From positions 1-61,900 of the forward strand of contig JBLIRP010000008.1 in assembly GCA_049472355.1 (NCBI GenBank): DNA of 61,900 nt, given 5' to 3'. Positions 20,999-31,617 of the stretch are shown here, one piece after another (positions within the stretch are counted from its first letter, which is position 1; every line of letters begins with the position of its first letter). The notes under the pieces were generated by a model. The model did no database searches and was not told the DNA's origin. It saw only the letters and a program-made list of their open reading frames with translations. The DNA comes from a bacterium. GTDB taxonomy: Bacteria; SZUA-182; DTGQ01; JAFGSM01. A program made the translations under genes and the position numbers.

Positions 20999-21954
20999 AA
21001 TACATTCCATGCAGGAGACTTTTGAGGGGCGGGCGGCGGCTCCTGCGAATCCTCTTCAGTCGCGCCCCGTACCGGGAAAAGCTCTATGAGCTGTATCGAT
21101 TGTGCGGCATCCGGTATGTGCCGGTGACCATGAGGGGAAATCGGATCTGGCTCGATCTGAGCGACAGGACCCTCGCACGGCACTTCTTCATCCACCGCGA
21201 CTACGAGCCGTTCGAGGTCTTCCTCCTGGAACGGGCGGCGAGAAAGGGGATGACCGCCCTGGATATCGGCGCCTGCATAGGCTTTCATACCCTCATCATC
21301 TCACGGTGCGTGGGGGAATCCGGGAGGGTGATCGCCTTCGAGCCGGCCCCGGGGAACTACTCCGTGTTGATGCGAAACATCCGGGCGAACGGCTTTGTGA
21401 ATGTCTCGCCCCTCAATGCCGCGGTCATGGATTACCGGGGAAGCATCGACCTCTACCTGTCGAAGACGAATTTCGGCGACCACCGGGTGTATGATGCGGG
21501 CGACGAGGTGCGGTTCGAGGAGGGGGTCCCCCGTGACAGGGTGAAGGTCCCTGCGGTGAGGGTGGATGACGTGCTGGAGGAATTGCGGCTCACCGCCGAC
21601 GTGATCAAGATCGATGTGCAGGGCGCTGAAATGGCGGCCTTCAGGGGGATGCGGCACGCGCTTTCCCATCCGGAGGTGATCCTGTTTTGTGAGTTCTGGC
21701 CGTACGGGCTGCGGAAGTTCGGTGCGTCCCCCAAGGAGATGCTCGATTTCCTCGCCTCGCTCCGCCTCGAGGTCTGCGAAATCTGCGAGGAGGATGGGTG
21801 TATCAAACCCATAGACAAGGACGAGTTGATTCGTCGGTTTCCCGATCTGGGATTCACGAATCTGATGTGTTTCCACCAGGGTAGCTCATCGGAAAAGGCG
21901 CTTTCGGCATTCCTCTCCGATCGTGGTATACAGCGGTCATCCGCCAACAGATGA
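20995..21954 (+). CDS. FkbM family methyltransferase
   Basis: LDIGACIG, IAFEP, IKIDVQGAE. ATGA overlap with wzt. Confidence 0.88.
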   Translation: MKYIPCRRLLRGGRRLLRILFSRAPYREKLYELYRLCGIRYVPVTMRGNRIWLDLSDRTLARHFFIHRDYEPFEVFLLERAARKGMTALDIGACIGFHTLIISRCVGESGRVIAFEPAPGNYSVLMRNIRANGFVNVSPLNAAVMDYRGSIDLYLSKTNFGDHRVYDAGDEVRFEEGVPRDRVKVPAVRVDDVLEELRLTADVIKIDVQGAEMAAFRGMRHALSHPEVILFCEFWPYGLRKFGASPKEMLDFLASLRLEVCEICEEDGCIKPIDKDELIRRFPDLGFTNLMCFHQGSSSEKALSAFLSDRGIQRSSANR

Positions 21955-22074
21955 CTGAACCCTTAATGAATCCTTCCCGCAGCACGCTGCGGGGTATCCA
22001 AAGGTAAAGATTTTTTCTTTTTATAGTGGAGGTAACCCTGCAGTAAGCTACAGGGAATTCTCAAGTTAAAGGTT

Positions 22075-23262
22075 ATGAATCGACCGGAAAAAATGATACG
22101 CAGGGTATGGGGAACCCTCAGGAGGCTCTGCTCCGGGCCGCGTGTGCGCCGTCTTTTCGACATTGTCCTGGAGAGTGATAATGCCCGGTCCGTCACCAAG
22201 AGGGCCCTTCTCTCGTACATCGTCCATCCCTTTTTCATAACCAGGAAGGACCCGTGTTTCTTCAACCACATAAACATCTGGCATGCGCAGGAGATCGTGC
22301 GGGTGCTGAATCACCTGGGCTATAGCGTGGATGTGGTGGACTACACGGACAGGGATTTTCTCCCGGAGCGCCGCTACGACCTGTTTATAGGCCACGGAGG
22401 GATCAACACCGAGACCATCCTCTCGCACCTTCCGGCTCGGGCGGCACGGATATATTTCTCCACCGGGTGCTACTGGAGGTTTCACAACGAACAGGAATGC
22501 GCCCGTCTCGATGCCCTCAGAAGGCGGCGGGGAGTGTTCCTTCATCCCGACCGGTTCATACACCACAGCGAGGAGGAAGCCCTTGTCTCCTCTCACGGCA
22601 TCGTGGGCATCGGCAACGGATTCACCCGAAAGACCTATTCCCGGTTTTCACCGGCGGTCATGATCAACGGCACCTCCCTTGCCGATGACCGCTATGAGAG
22701 GATAGACAAGGACTTCGGGGAGGGGAGGGGACACTTTCTCTATTTTGCCGGAAACGGCCCGGTGCACAAGGGACTGGACCTTCTGCTGGAGGCGTTTTCC
22801 GGACTCCCCCAGCACCTGTGGATCTGCACCCGGCTTGATCAGCCCTTTGAAGATGCCTACTTCGATGAACTGCACCACCGTCCCAATATCCACCTGGAGG
22901 GCGTGGTCCGGCCCCGCTCGGACCGGTTCTATGCCCTGACCGATCAATGCGCCTTCGTGATCCTCCCCTCCTGCAGCGAGGGGCAGGCCCAGTCCGTGGT
23001 GGAATGCATGAACCAGGGGCTGATCCCGGTGGTCAGCCGCGCCTGTGGCCTGGACATCGACAGGCATGGCGTGCTCATCGATCCCTGCACCATCGATGAG
23101 ATCGTCCGTTTGATCAAGGATCTCTCCGCCTGGCCCGCCACCATGTGCCGTGAGATGGCGCAAAAGGCACGCACTATAGCCATAAAGGACTATTCCGAAG
23201 GGGCCTTCCGGCAAAATATACGACGCGCCATCGAGGAGATCCTTGTGCAGAAGGGGAACTGA
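22075..23262 (+). CDS. Glycosyltransferase (GT4-like)
   Basis: HKGLDLLLEAF, LPSCSEG, ECMNQGLIPV. Confidence 0.85.
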   Translation: MNRPEKMIRRVWGTLRRLCSGPRVRRLFDIVLESDNARSVTKRALLSYIVHPFFITRKDPCFFNHINIWHAQEIVRVLNHLGYSVDVVDYTDRDFLPERRYDLFIGHGGINTETILSHLPARAARIYFSTGCYWRFHNEQECARLDALRRRRGVFLHPDRFIHHSEEEALVSSHGIVGIGNGFTRKTYSRFSPAVMINGTSLADDRYERIDKDFGEGRGHFLYFAGNGPVHKGLDLLLEAFSGLPQHLWICTRLDQPFEDAYFDELHHRPNIHLEGVVRPRSDRFYALTDQCAFVILPSCSEGQAQSVVECMNQGLIPVVSRACGLDIDRHGVLIDPCTIDEIVRLIKDLSAWPATMCREMAQKARTIAIKDYSEGAFRQNIRRAIEEILVQKGN

Positions 23263-23268
23263 GCGGCC

Positions 23269-24102
23269 ATGTCCATCGCATTCCAATGGGATCCCCGGGA
23301 TTTTTCACACCTTGTCGACTCCTGCGAGCGGGATGACGCCACCCGGTACATCCTCACCTATATGCCCAGGGATGGGCTCGTGGTGGAGGCCGGGTGCGGA
23401 CTGGCGCGATACGTGGAGTTCCTGCACCGGAGGGGATACAGGGTGCTCGGCATCGAGCTGGATGCGGACACGATCGACACCGTGAAGAAGCTCTCCCCTC
23501 ACCTGGATGTCCGGCAGGGGGATCTGCTAGCCATGGATTTCGCAGATGAGTCCCTGGCGGGGGTCATCTGCCTCGGCGTGGTGGAACACTTCATGGAGGG
23601 ACCGGAAAGGCCCCTCAGGGAACTGCACCGGGTGTTGAAGCCGGGTGCACATGCGGTGATCACCGTCCCCAGCTTCAACCTCCTCCGGAGGGTGCGCTAT
23701 TACCTGGGTATCGTCAGTCCGATCAGGCTTGCAAAACGATCCCGGTTCGTCCGCCGCATCCTCGGGAAGGGGCCCGTGCAGGGTTCCATCAACTCCGGGT
23801 GCACCTACCATCCAGGTACGGTGCCGTACCGGCATCGGCGCGGCATACCATCGGAGGGATTTTTTGAATATCTCTTTTCACGAAGGGAGTTTGAGGCAGA
23901 GCTCGATCGGGCGGGATTCATCAGGGTGGAAAGCGTGCCCATAGGCCACATGGACGGCATCCATCACGATATCAGCAAGCGGATGGCGTCCTTTCGAAAC
24001 TGGGCCTTTTACCCGAACCGGGCGGCCAGGCTTCTGAACCGGATACTGGGCATGATCCCCTTTTGTCACAATCACATGCACCTGTGTGTGGTGAGGAAAT
24101 GA
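23269..24102 (+). CDS. Class I SAM-dependent methyltransferase
   Basis: VEAGCGLA, GVVEHF, RVLKPG. Confidence 0.85.
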   Translation: MSIAFQWDPRDFSHLVDSCERDDATRYILTYMPRDGLVVEAGCGLARYVEFLHRRGYRVLGIELDADTIDTVKKLSPHLDVRQGDLLAMDFADESLAGVICLGVVEHFMEGPERPLRELHRVLKPGAHAVITVPSFNLLRRVRYYLGIVSPIRLAKRSRFVRRILGKGPVQGSINSGCTYHPGTVPYRHRRGIPSEGFFEYLFSRREFEAELDRAGFIRVESVPIGHMDGIHHDISKRMASFRNWAFYPNRAARLLNRILGMIPFCHNHMHLCVVRK

Positions 24103-24791
24103 TCGCGCACCATTATTACCGAATGTGCAGCCGGGTGAGGAAGGCCATGTCCTGGAGATTCCCCGGCCGATTTCCCGGGCTCTATTCCACCCTGGACGCA
24201 CCCATGGAGGTGCCGGTGCAGGTTGCAGCGTATGAGCTTGCAACGAAACGGTATCTCAGGGAGGGGGACAGGGTGTGCGACGTGGGGTTCGGCCTGGGGT
24301 ACGGATTGCGGATTATGGCCCGGAAGGCCGGGCAACTCGCGGGCATCGACATCGACAGGCGGGCGGTGGCCGGGGCGCGCTCACTCATGGACACAATCCC
24401 CCGCATAACCGAGGTGAGGCGCTATGACGGGCACACCATCCCCTATGATGCCGGGTCATTCGACGTGGTCACCTGCATCGACGTCATCGAGCACGTGCCC
24501 GATTATCTGGGGTTGATCAAGGAGATGGTGAGGGTCTCCCGCAGGGTCGTTTTCCTCTCCACACCCAACCGTCTCCCTGAAAATACGGACCCGGACGGAA
24601 AACCACGGAATCACTGGCACCTCAGGGAATGGTCCTTCGAGGAACTCGACGCCATCCTGCGAGGGATTCCCTGCATCCGGGTGGAATGGAACTTTTTGGA
24701 CGGCCCCTGGGAGGGGCCCTTCGATAGCGCCTCTGCACCATCGAAACACACAATGGCATTGACCCCCAGCCTGATCCGGATATCGACATGA
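24099..24791 (+). CDS. Class I SAM-dependent methyltransferase
   Basis: CDVGFGLGYG, SFDVV..DVIEHV, STPNR, HLREW. ATGA overlap start. Confidence 0.85.
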   Translation: MIAHHYYRMCSRVRKAMSWRFPGRFPGLYSTLDAPMEVPVQVAAYELATKRYLREGDRVCDVGFGLGYGLRIMARKAGQLAGIDIDRRAVAGARSLMDTIPRITEVRRYDGHTIPYDAGSFDVVTCIDVIEHVPDYLGLIKEMVRVSRRVVFLSTPNRLPENTDPDGKPRNHWHLREWSFEELDAILRGIPCIRVEWNFLDGPWEGPFDSASAPSKHTMALTPSLIRIST

Positions 24792-25912
24792 AGATCGTGG
24801 TTGACGGGTACATCTACCAGCGTCAGGCGCGCGGGGGAATTTCGCGGATCTATACCGAGATGCTCCCCCGTATGTGCGACCATGAGGAGTCTTTGAATGT
24901 CACGCTCCTTACGGAGGGGCCGCTCATGGCCGAGCCTCCGTCCCATCCCCGGATCACCCATCGCACAATCCCCCTGGTCAGCCGCTGTTTGCGTCCGGGG
25001 CGTTTGTGGCGACCACTGGTGCCGGCGATCAGGCGAGCCGCTCTGAGCCTTATCACAGGCCCCACCCAAAAAAAGGTATGGCACTCCACCTATTATACAT
25101 TGCCCGATCGGTGGAAGGGCCCGCGGGTGATCACCGTATACGACATGATTCATGAACGGTTTCCCAATCTGTTCAACGACCTATGGGGCGACCGGTTCCG
25201 CAGGCAGAAGGGGGAGTGCATCCGCTCGGCGGATGTGCTTATCAGCATCTCCCACACCACACGTGAGGACATCGTTCGTTTTTATGGAATCGACCCGGCA
25301 AGAATACACGTGGTGCCCCTCGCCGCAAGCCCCGTATTTAGACGGATGCCGGATGCAGGTGATGAGGTCTCCGGGGGGAGGATGCGCCCCTTCCTTCTCT
25401 ACATCGGGGATCGTGGCCTGTACAAGAACTTCGCCGGTGTGCTGGATGCTTACTGCGCATGGCCACGCAGCCGGGAGGTCGACCTCGTGGTGGTGGGAAG
25501 GCACTGGTGTCCGGATGAGGAAATGCGCCTTGCGGACATGGGGCTTGATGGCCGGGTCCGCCTCCTCACCGGCATTGATGATGAGCACCTGTGCCGCCTG
25601 TACAATCAGGCCTTCGCGTTCGTTTATCCCTCCCTGTACGAGGGATTCGGTATACCCCTGCTCGAGGCCATGGTCTGCGGCTGCCCGGTGATCGCCTCCC
25701 GCATCCCCTCCACAGTGGAGGTGGCAGGGGAATGGCCCGTCTACTTCGACCCGGGTGATCGGGGGGGGGCCGTCGATGCATTCGAGCGCATCCTTGCCGA
25801 GGGGAGGGATTCTCAACGCACCCTGTCGGGGCTGGAGCAGGCAAAGGAATTCTCCTGGGAACGCGCCGCTGCCGGAACACTGAATGTATACAGGGAACTG
25901 CTCGATAATTAG
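24788..25912 (+). CDS. GT4 glycosyltransferase (mannosyl/rhamnosyltransferase-like)
   Basis: GGISR, TVYDMIHE, YPSLYEGFGIPLLEAM. Confidence 0.9.
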   Translation: MKIVVDGYIYQRQARGGISRIYTEMLPRMCDHEESLNVTLLTEGPLMAEPPSHPRITHRTIPLVSRCLRPGRLWRPLVPAIRRAALSLITGPTQKKVWHSTYYTLPDRWKGPRVITVYDMIHERFPNLFNDLWGDRFRRQKGECIRSADVLISISHTTREDIVRFYGIDPARIHVVPLAASPVFRRMPDAGDEVSGGRMRPFLLYIGDRGLYKNFAGVLDAYCAWPRSREVDLVVVGRHWCPDEEMRLADMGLDGRVRLLTGIDDEHLCRLYNQAFAFVYPSLYEGFGIPLLEAMVCGCPVIASRIPSTVEVAGEWPVYFDPGDRGGAVDAFERILAEGRDSQRTLSGLEQAKEFSWERAAAGTLNVYRELLDN

Positions 25913-25978
25913 TGATTCATCGTTTAGTGCCTATTCCACCTTCGGCACTCCACAGGACATGAAAATCAGCCCAATTCC

Positions 25979-26989
25979 ATGAAAAACGCATTGATAACCG
26001 GCATCACCGGCCAGGATGGGGCCTATCTTTCTCGGCTTCTGCTGGAAAAGGGGTATCAGGTGTACGGGATCAGCCGGGACTCCTCGGCCCTGAATACGGC
26101 GAATCTCTCGTTCCTCGGCATCGAGGACCGGGTCACCATCCACACGGCAAACATGCTCGACCTCTCCAACGTCATCAGGCTCCTCGACATCATCAGGCCC
26201 GACGAGATCTACCACCTTGCCGCCCAGAGTTCGGTGGCGACCTCCTTCGAACAGCCCATCTGGACCGTGGATTTCAATATCATGGCCACCCTCAACCTGC
26301 TCGAGGCGGTGAGGCTCCTGCAGCTCGACACGCGTTTTTACCACGCATCATCAAGCGAGATGTACGGCAGGGTGGGGCAACTCCCGGTGAACGAACAAAC
26401 CGCGTTTCACCCGGTGAGCCCCTATGCCGTGTCCAAGGCGGCGGGTCACTGGCTCACCGTCAACTACCGGGAGGCCTACGGCCTGTATTGCTGCTGTGGG
26501 ATCCTTTTCAATCATGAATCAATATTGAGGCCGCCGCATTTCGTGACCAAGAAGATCATTGCCGCGGCAGTTCGCATAAAAAGGGGGGCAGGTTCGAAGC
26601 TCAGGCTGGGCAATGTGGAGATACGAAGGGACTGGGGGTATGCCCCCGAATATGTGAAGGCCATGTGGCTTATGCTCCGGCAGGATGCACCGGGGGAGTT
26701 CATCATCGCAACGGGTGAGTCCCACACCCTGTGGGAATTTGTGGATTGTGCCTTCCGGCACCTGGGGCTGGACCCCGGGGAGCACGTGATCACCGACCCC
26801 GCCCTGTACCGCCCTGCCGATATCCAGGACATCTGCGGCGACCCCTCGAAGGCGAAGGAGGGGCTTGGCTGGGAATACGCCATGTCCTTCGAAGGGCTCA
26901 TCGCCGCACTGGTGGACGAGGAGTGGAGAAGCCAGGAAACGGGTCGATCAGCGCAAGAGATGGCGCGAAGGGAACATGCCCTGGTGTGA
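25979..26989 (+). CDS. gmd: GDP-mannose 4,6-dehydratase
   Basis: GITGQDGAYL, LAAQSSV, SSSEMYG, SPYAVSK, GILFNHES, RDWGYA. Confidence 0.9.
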   Translation: MKNALITGITGQDGAYLSRLLLEKGYQVYGISRDSSALNTANLSFLGIEDRVTIHTANMLDLSNVIRLLDIIRPDEIYHLAAQSSVATSFEQPIWTVDFNIMATLNLLEAVRLLQLDTRFYHASSSEMYGRVGQLPVNEQTAFHPVSPYAVSKAAGHWLTVNYREAYGLYCCCGILFNHESILRPPHFVTKKIIAAAVRIKRGAGSKLRLGNVEIRRDWGYAPEYVKAMWLMLRQDAPGEFIIATGESHTLWEFVDCAFRHLGLDPGEHVITDPALYRPADIQDICGDPSKAKEGLGWEYAMSFEGLIAALVDEEWRSQETGRSAQEMARREHALV

Positions 26990-27162
26990 TCCTCCCGGTG
27001 CGATTTTGAGCAATGAGGATCATCTATACGCGTAGTGAAAACAGGTTGAATTACCTCGTGCGGGCTTAATACTGCCGACCGATAAATAACACACAGCGCA
27101 ACGACCATGGCGAAGGCGGGGGATCATTCGCCTTTGCCTGGAACCTGAAAGGGATAGTGAGC

Positions 27163-28080
27163 ATGAAAAAGAAAGCGCATACCGTGAAACGAATCTACAT
27201 CGCCGGGTGCGGGGGCATGCTCGGCGAGGCCTTTTACAAGCAGTTGAAAAACCACTACCGCCTTAGGTGCACCGATATCGACGTGAATGAGGAATGGCTG
27301 AGCTACCTCGATTTCAGGAAGCTCGAGGCATACCGCAAGGATGTGCGCGAGTTCCGGCCCGATTACCTTTTCCACCTGGGCGCCTATACCGACCTGGAAT
27401 ACTGCGAGCTCAATCCCGACGACACCTATGCAACCAACACCATCGGCGTGGAGAACGCGGTGTACATCGCCAACGAGCTGGACATCCCCATACTCTACGT
27501 GAGCACCGCCGGCATATACGACGGGAAGAAGGAATCCTACGACGACTGGGACCTCCCCAATCCCCTGGGAAACTATGCACGCTCCAAGTACCAGGGGGAG
27601 GTGTTCGTCAAGGAGAACGCCAAGCGCTACATCATCTGCCGCGCAGGGTGGATGATGGGGGGAGGACCGGCAAAGGACAAGAAGTTCATCCAGAAGATAC
27701 TCAGCCAGGTCAAGGAGGGGAAAAAGGACCTCTACGTGGTGAGGGACAAACTGGGCACCCCCACCTACACCCACGATTTCGCCCGGAACGTCAAGGTCCT
27801 CCTGGAAAACGGGTTCTGGGGACTGTACAACATGGTGTGCGAGGGGCTCACCAGCAGGCTGGAGGTCGCCCGGGAGATCCTCTCCGTGCTCGAATTGAAG
27901 GATTCGATCCGCATAAACGAGGTGTCCTCCGAGCACTTCCGCAAGGAATTCTTCGCCCCCCGGCCCGACTCCGAGCGCCTGATCAACAAGAAGCTGAACC
28001 TGCGCGGCATGAACCTCATGAGGGACTGGAGGGTGGCCCTGCGCGAATACCTGGAGGATTATTACCATGACTACCTGTAA
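27163..28080 (+). CDS. RmlD-like nucleotide-sugar reductase (extended SDR)
   Basis: GCGGMLG, YVST, YARSK, GTPTY. Confidence 0.8.
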   Translation: MKKKAHTVKRIYIAGCGGMLGEAFYKQLKNHYRLRCTDIDVNEEWLSYLDFRKLEAYRKDVREFRPDYLFHLGAYTDLEYCELNPDDTYATNTIGVENAVYIANELDIPILYVSTAGIYDGKKESYDDWDLPNPLGNYARSKYQGEVFVKENAKRYIICRAGWMMGGGPAKDKKFIQKILSQVKEGKKDLYVVRDKLGTPTYTHDFARNVKVLLENGFWGLYNMVCEGLTSRLEVAREILSVLELKDSIRINEVSSEHFRKEFFAPRPDSERLINKKLNLRGMNLMRDWRVALREYLEDYYHDYL

Positions 28081-28110
28081 GGGGCTGCCGCAATAGGTAG
28101 GGGAAACCCC

Positions 28111-29109
28111 ATGCGTTCCCCGTGCCTGAAGGACCTCCCCCCCCCTCCTCCCGGCAGGACCGGCTGGCCCTGGACCGAGGAAGGCGAGGCCTTCCCGGAT
28201 GCCATGCCCGACGGCAGTACATGGCCTCGCCTCAGCATCGTCACCCCCAGCTACAACCAGGGGGGGTTCATCGAGGAGACCATCCGCTCGGTCCTTCTCC
28301 AGGGATATCCGGACCTTGAGTATATCCTGATCGACGGCGGGTCCCAGGACAACACCCCGGAGATCATCCGCAGATACGAGCCCTACCTCGCATGCTGGGT
28401 GAGCGAACCCGACGGGGGGCAGACCGACGCCCTCAACAAGGGATTTGCCAGGGTGACCGGCGACATCGTTGCCTGGCTGAATTCCGATGACTGCTATGTG
28501 CCCGCCACCTTCAGGAACATCCTTCGCTGGATGTGTCCCACCGGGGGAATCGTCCGGCCCATCGTGTACGGGGATTGCGAGCTGGTGGATGCAGAGGGGA
28601 GGGTGATCAAACGGTGGCATGCAAAGCCGGTGAGCACGGAGCGGCTCCTTGCCTTCTGGCGGGGCGGGTATCTCATCCCGCAGCAGACCGTGTTCATGTC
28701 CCGGCATACGCTGAGGGATATCTCCCTGGATGCGTCCCTGCGCTATGCCATGGACTGGGAGCTGTACCTGAGGCTGAGCATGCGCTATCCCTTTGTGCCC
28801 ATACCGGAGGTCCTCGCCCGGTTCCGCATGCACGGCCTGGCCAAGACCGCCGGAGGTGCCCGGAGGTTTGCCCGGGAGCAGCTCCGCATAAGCATGGGAT
28901 ACTGGGAGCCGGGGCTTCAGACCATCCGGTACCGCATCGAGTATCTCCTTGCCCCCGTTATCCAGGGGGTATGCGGAATCCCCCGGTGCGTGAGGCGGGT
29001 CCTCGGATGGCTCCTCCCTGAGCAGACCTATGACATGCTCCGGGGGATCAAGCGGAGGCTCCTCCCCCGCCATGGCTGTCCCATAAGGGAGGAGGAACGA
29101 TACCTCTGA
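28111..29109 (+). CDS. GT2 glycosyltransferase
   Basis: GRTGWPW, SIVTPSYNQG, IDGGSQD, WLNSDD. Confidence 0.9.
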   Translation: MRSPCLKDLPPPPPGRTGWPWTEEGEAFPDAMPDGSTWPRLSIVTPSYNQGGFIEETIRSVLLQGYPDLEYILIDGGSQDNTPEIIRRYEPYLACWVSEPDGGQTDALNKGFARVTGDIVAWLNSDDCYVPATFRNILRWMCPTGGIVRPIVYGDCELVDAEGRVIKRWHAKPVSTERLLAFWRGGYLIPQQTVFMSRHTLRDISLDASLRYAMDWELYLRLSMRYPFVPIPEVLARFRMHGLAKTAGGARRFAREQLRISMGYWEPGLQTIRYRIEYLLAPVIQGVCGIPRCVRRVLGWLLPEQTYDMLRGIKRRLLPRHGCPIREEERYL

Positions 29110-29134
29110 AATCCTCAACGGAGAATCCCGGGCG

Positions 29135-30580
29135 GTGAAGATCCTCTTCGCCACGGACGGCAGGTACCCCGAGCACGTGAACGGGGTCTCCGTATACGTG
29201 CATTACCTTGCCGAAGAGATGGCAAACAGGGGGCACGAGGTGCACATCTTTCACCATATACACTCCGAGTTCCTAAGGAGGCCCAGGATGATCAGCACGG
29301 TCCGGGACGGCATCCGCTACCACGGAATCGAGCATTCCCCCACCTCGTTTTCCGAGGCCATGGTCCATCCCTTGAAGAGCTGGAGCGAGAAGGGAACCGA
29401 GGCACTATTCACACAACTCCTCGATCGGATACAGCCGGACATCGTGCATTTCCACGAGTTCGAGCGCACCCCCTCCCGGTGCATCGACATTAGCGCGGAC
29501 TGCGGTATCCCCACCCTGGTCACCCTCCACGATTACTGGTTCATATGCCCCAGGTGCCAGCTCTTCACCCCGGACGAGCGGATATGCGAGGGACCGGGCG
29601 ACGGGACACACTGCGTGTCCCGCTGCCTTGCCCGCGGATTCCTCACCAGGCAGTACCGAAAAATGACCATGCTCCTTCCCGACGGGGTCCTGCTCAGGGG
29701 GCTCAAACGGGTGCGAAATGTATATAAAGGGATAACAGGCAAGCGGCTCGGCCAGGCCGCACCACGCACGGGATCGGAAGTGCATCCGGCAGTGGTCGAG
29801 AACAGCGGCGAGGCCGAGGCATACGGCAGGAGACCAACGCTCACCCTCGGCTCCCTTGCCAGGGCGGACCTGGTCCTCGCGGTGTCCTCCTGTGTGAAGG
29901 GGGTGTTTTCGCGTCACGGCATCGACACGAACAAACTGGTCGTAAACCAGCTCGGGGTGAAGTCCGCTGAGTGGGTGACCAGGAGGCGCCGAAGGTTTTC
30001 CTCCTATCCGGTGCGATTCGGTTTCATGGGCCACCTGGGACCCTCCAAGGGGGGGCACCTCATCATCCGGGCGGCACAAGGCATCAGGCCCGGGCGCGCC
30101 CGTTTTCTTTTTTTCGGGGGTGCCGATCGGGAGACCCTTCACGATTTCAGAAACGACACCGAAGAAATGCCCTACTGCAGCTACGAGGGGCGATACGACT
30201 ACCGGGCGCTCGACCGGGTCTTCGACCGCTTCGATGTGCTGATCATCCCCTCCCTGTGGCAGGAGACCCTCGGGATGATCGGGCTCGAGGCCCAGGCAGC
30301 GGGCATTCCCATCATTGCATCGGATACGGGAGGGATGAGGGACTACGTGACCCACGGCACAAACGGCCTCCTCTTCCCCGTGGGGGACGCTGCAGGACTG
30401 CGACAGTGTATCGAGCGCATCCTCGATCATCCTGAGATGATCGAGGACCTGTCATGCCACGCGATCGCCCCCAAGACAATCCCTGAGAATTGCACCGAGA
30501 TCATCGGATACTACGAAAGGCTCAGAAGCCGGGACCCTGTTCACGCCGACCATTCCTATGCCATGAGCGTGCGTCCATGA
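29135..30580 (+). CDS. GT4 glycosyltransferase with Cys-rich insert
   Basis: TLHDYWFICPR, PSLWQE, EAQAAGIPIIASDTGG. Confidence 0.88.
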   Translation: MKILFATDGRYPEHVNGVSVYVHYLAEEMANRGHEVHIFHHIHSEFLRRPRMISTVRDGIRYHGIEHSPTSFSEAMVHPLKSWSEKGTEALFTQLLDRIQPDIVHFHEFERTPSRCIDISADCGIPTLVTLHDYWFICPRCQLFTPDERICEGPGDGTHCVSRCLARGFLTRQYRKMTMLLPDGVLLRGLKRVRNVYKGITGKRLGQAAPRTGSEVHPAVVENSGEAEAYGRRPTLTLGSLARADLVLAVSSCVKGVFSRHGIDTNKLVVNQLGVKSAEWVTRRRRRFSSYPVRFGFMGHLGPSKGGHLIIRAAQGIRPGRARFLFFGGADRETLHDFRNDTEEMPYCSYEGRYDYRALDRVFDRFDVLIIPSLWQETLGMIGLEAQAAGIPIIASDTGGMRDYVTHGTNGLLFPVGDAAGLRQCIERILDHPEMIEDLSCHAIAPKTIPENCTEIIGYYERLRSRDPVHADHSYAMSVRP

Positions 30581-31617
30581 GGGCGTCCATCCTCATCCGA
30601 AACTACAACGGACTGGAGCTTCTTGCAAACCTCCTGCCCGGATTGACCCAGGTGGTTTCAAAAAGGGGGGAGGGGGACGAGGTCCTGGTGGTGGATGACG
30701 GGAGCACGGACGGGAGCCCTCGGTTCGTTGAGCAGCGCTTCCCCGGCGTCCGTCTGGTGCGGCTTTCCCCGAACAGCGGCAACAGCATCCTCCCGGTCAA
30801 TGCGGGGGTGGAGGCGGCATCGGCTGAGGTGGTGATCTGCCTTGACAGCGACGTAATCGTGGACAGCGACTTCATCACCCCGATGATCGGGCATTTTAAG
30901 GATGACAGCGTGTTCGCGGTGTGCCCCCGCATCGTGAACCCCGGACATGGCAACACCGTGGAGAGCGTCAACTACCCCCTGTTCAGGAGGGGGCGCCTGG
31001 TGGGGATGGTGCCCGGCATGGAACAGGGGGCCGTGCTTCCCGGGGAGCCGACCGAGGTCTGGTATGCGCCGGGAAGCGGGGCAGGGTACCACCGGCAGAG
31101 GTTCCTGGAGATGGGTGGCCTGGATATCCTCTACCGTCCCTTCTACTACGAGGACCTCGATATATGCCAGCGGGCGTGGCGCAGGGGATGGCGCACGATC
31201 TACGAGCCGCGTGCGGTTACCTACCACCTGAAACACGTGACCACCAAAAAGAGCATACTCAGGCCGATCGATTTCCGGACCTACCGGATGAAGAACATAC
31301 TGCTCTTCACCTGGAAGAACCTCCTGGACAGGCATCTCATGAGAAGGCACCTGGCATGGACCGGCCTTTCCCTCGCCCGGGCGCTGCTGACCGTCGATCG
31401 GGCCTATCTGACGGCCTTCCTTATGGCGGTCCGCCAGCTACAGGAGGCGCTCGCCGCGCGAAGGCGCGAGCGGAAGGGGATGCTGGTGGATGACCGCACG
31501 ATATTCTCGCGCCTCTCCGCAATCCACAGCAATGGGTACGAGAATCAGGGCGTTTCCGGAACAGTGGAATCCTTGAAACGGACCTATGCAGATGCAGGGA
31601 TTTCCGGATGCCTGTGA
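30577..31617 (+). CDS. GT2 glycosyltransferase
   Basis: VVDDGSTD, LDSD, YYEDLD..RAW. ATGA overlap start. Confidence 0.88.
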   Translation: MRASILIRNYNGLELLANLLPGLTQVVSKRGEGDEVLVVDDGSTDGSPRFVEQRFPGVRLVRLSPNSGNSILPVNAGVEAASAEVVICLDSDVIVDSDFITPMIGHFKDDSVFAVCPRIVNPGHGNTVESVNYPLFRRGRLVGMVPGMEQGAVLPGEPTEVWYAPGSGAGYHRQRFLEMGGLDILYRPFYYEDLDICQRAWRRGWRTIYEPRAVTYHLKHVTTKKSILRPIDFRTYRMKNILLFTWKNLLDRHLMRRHLAWTGLSLARALLTVDRAYLTAFLMAVRQLQEALAARRRERKGMLVDDRTIFSRLSAIHSNGYENQGVSGTVESLKRTYADAGISGCL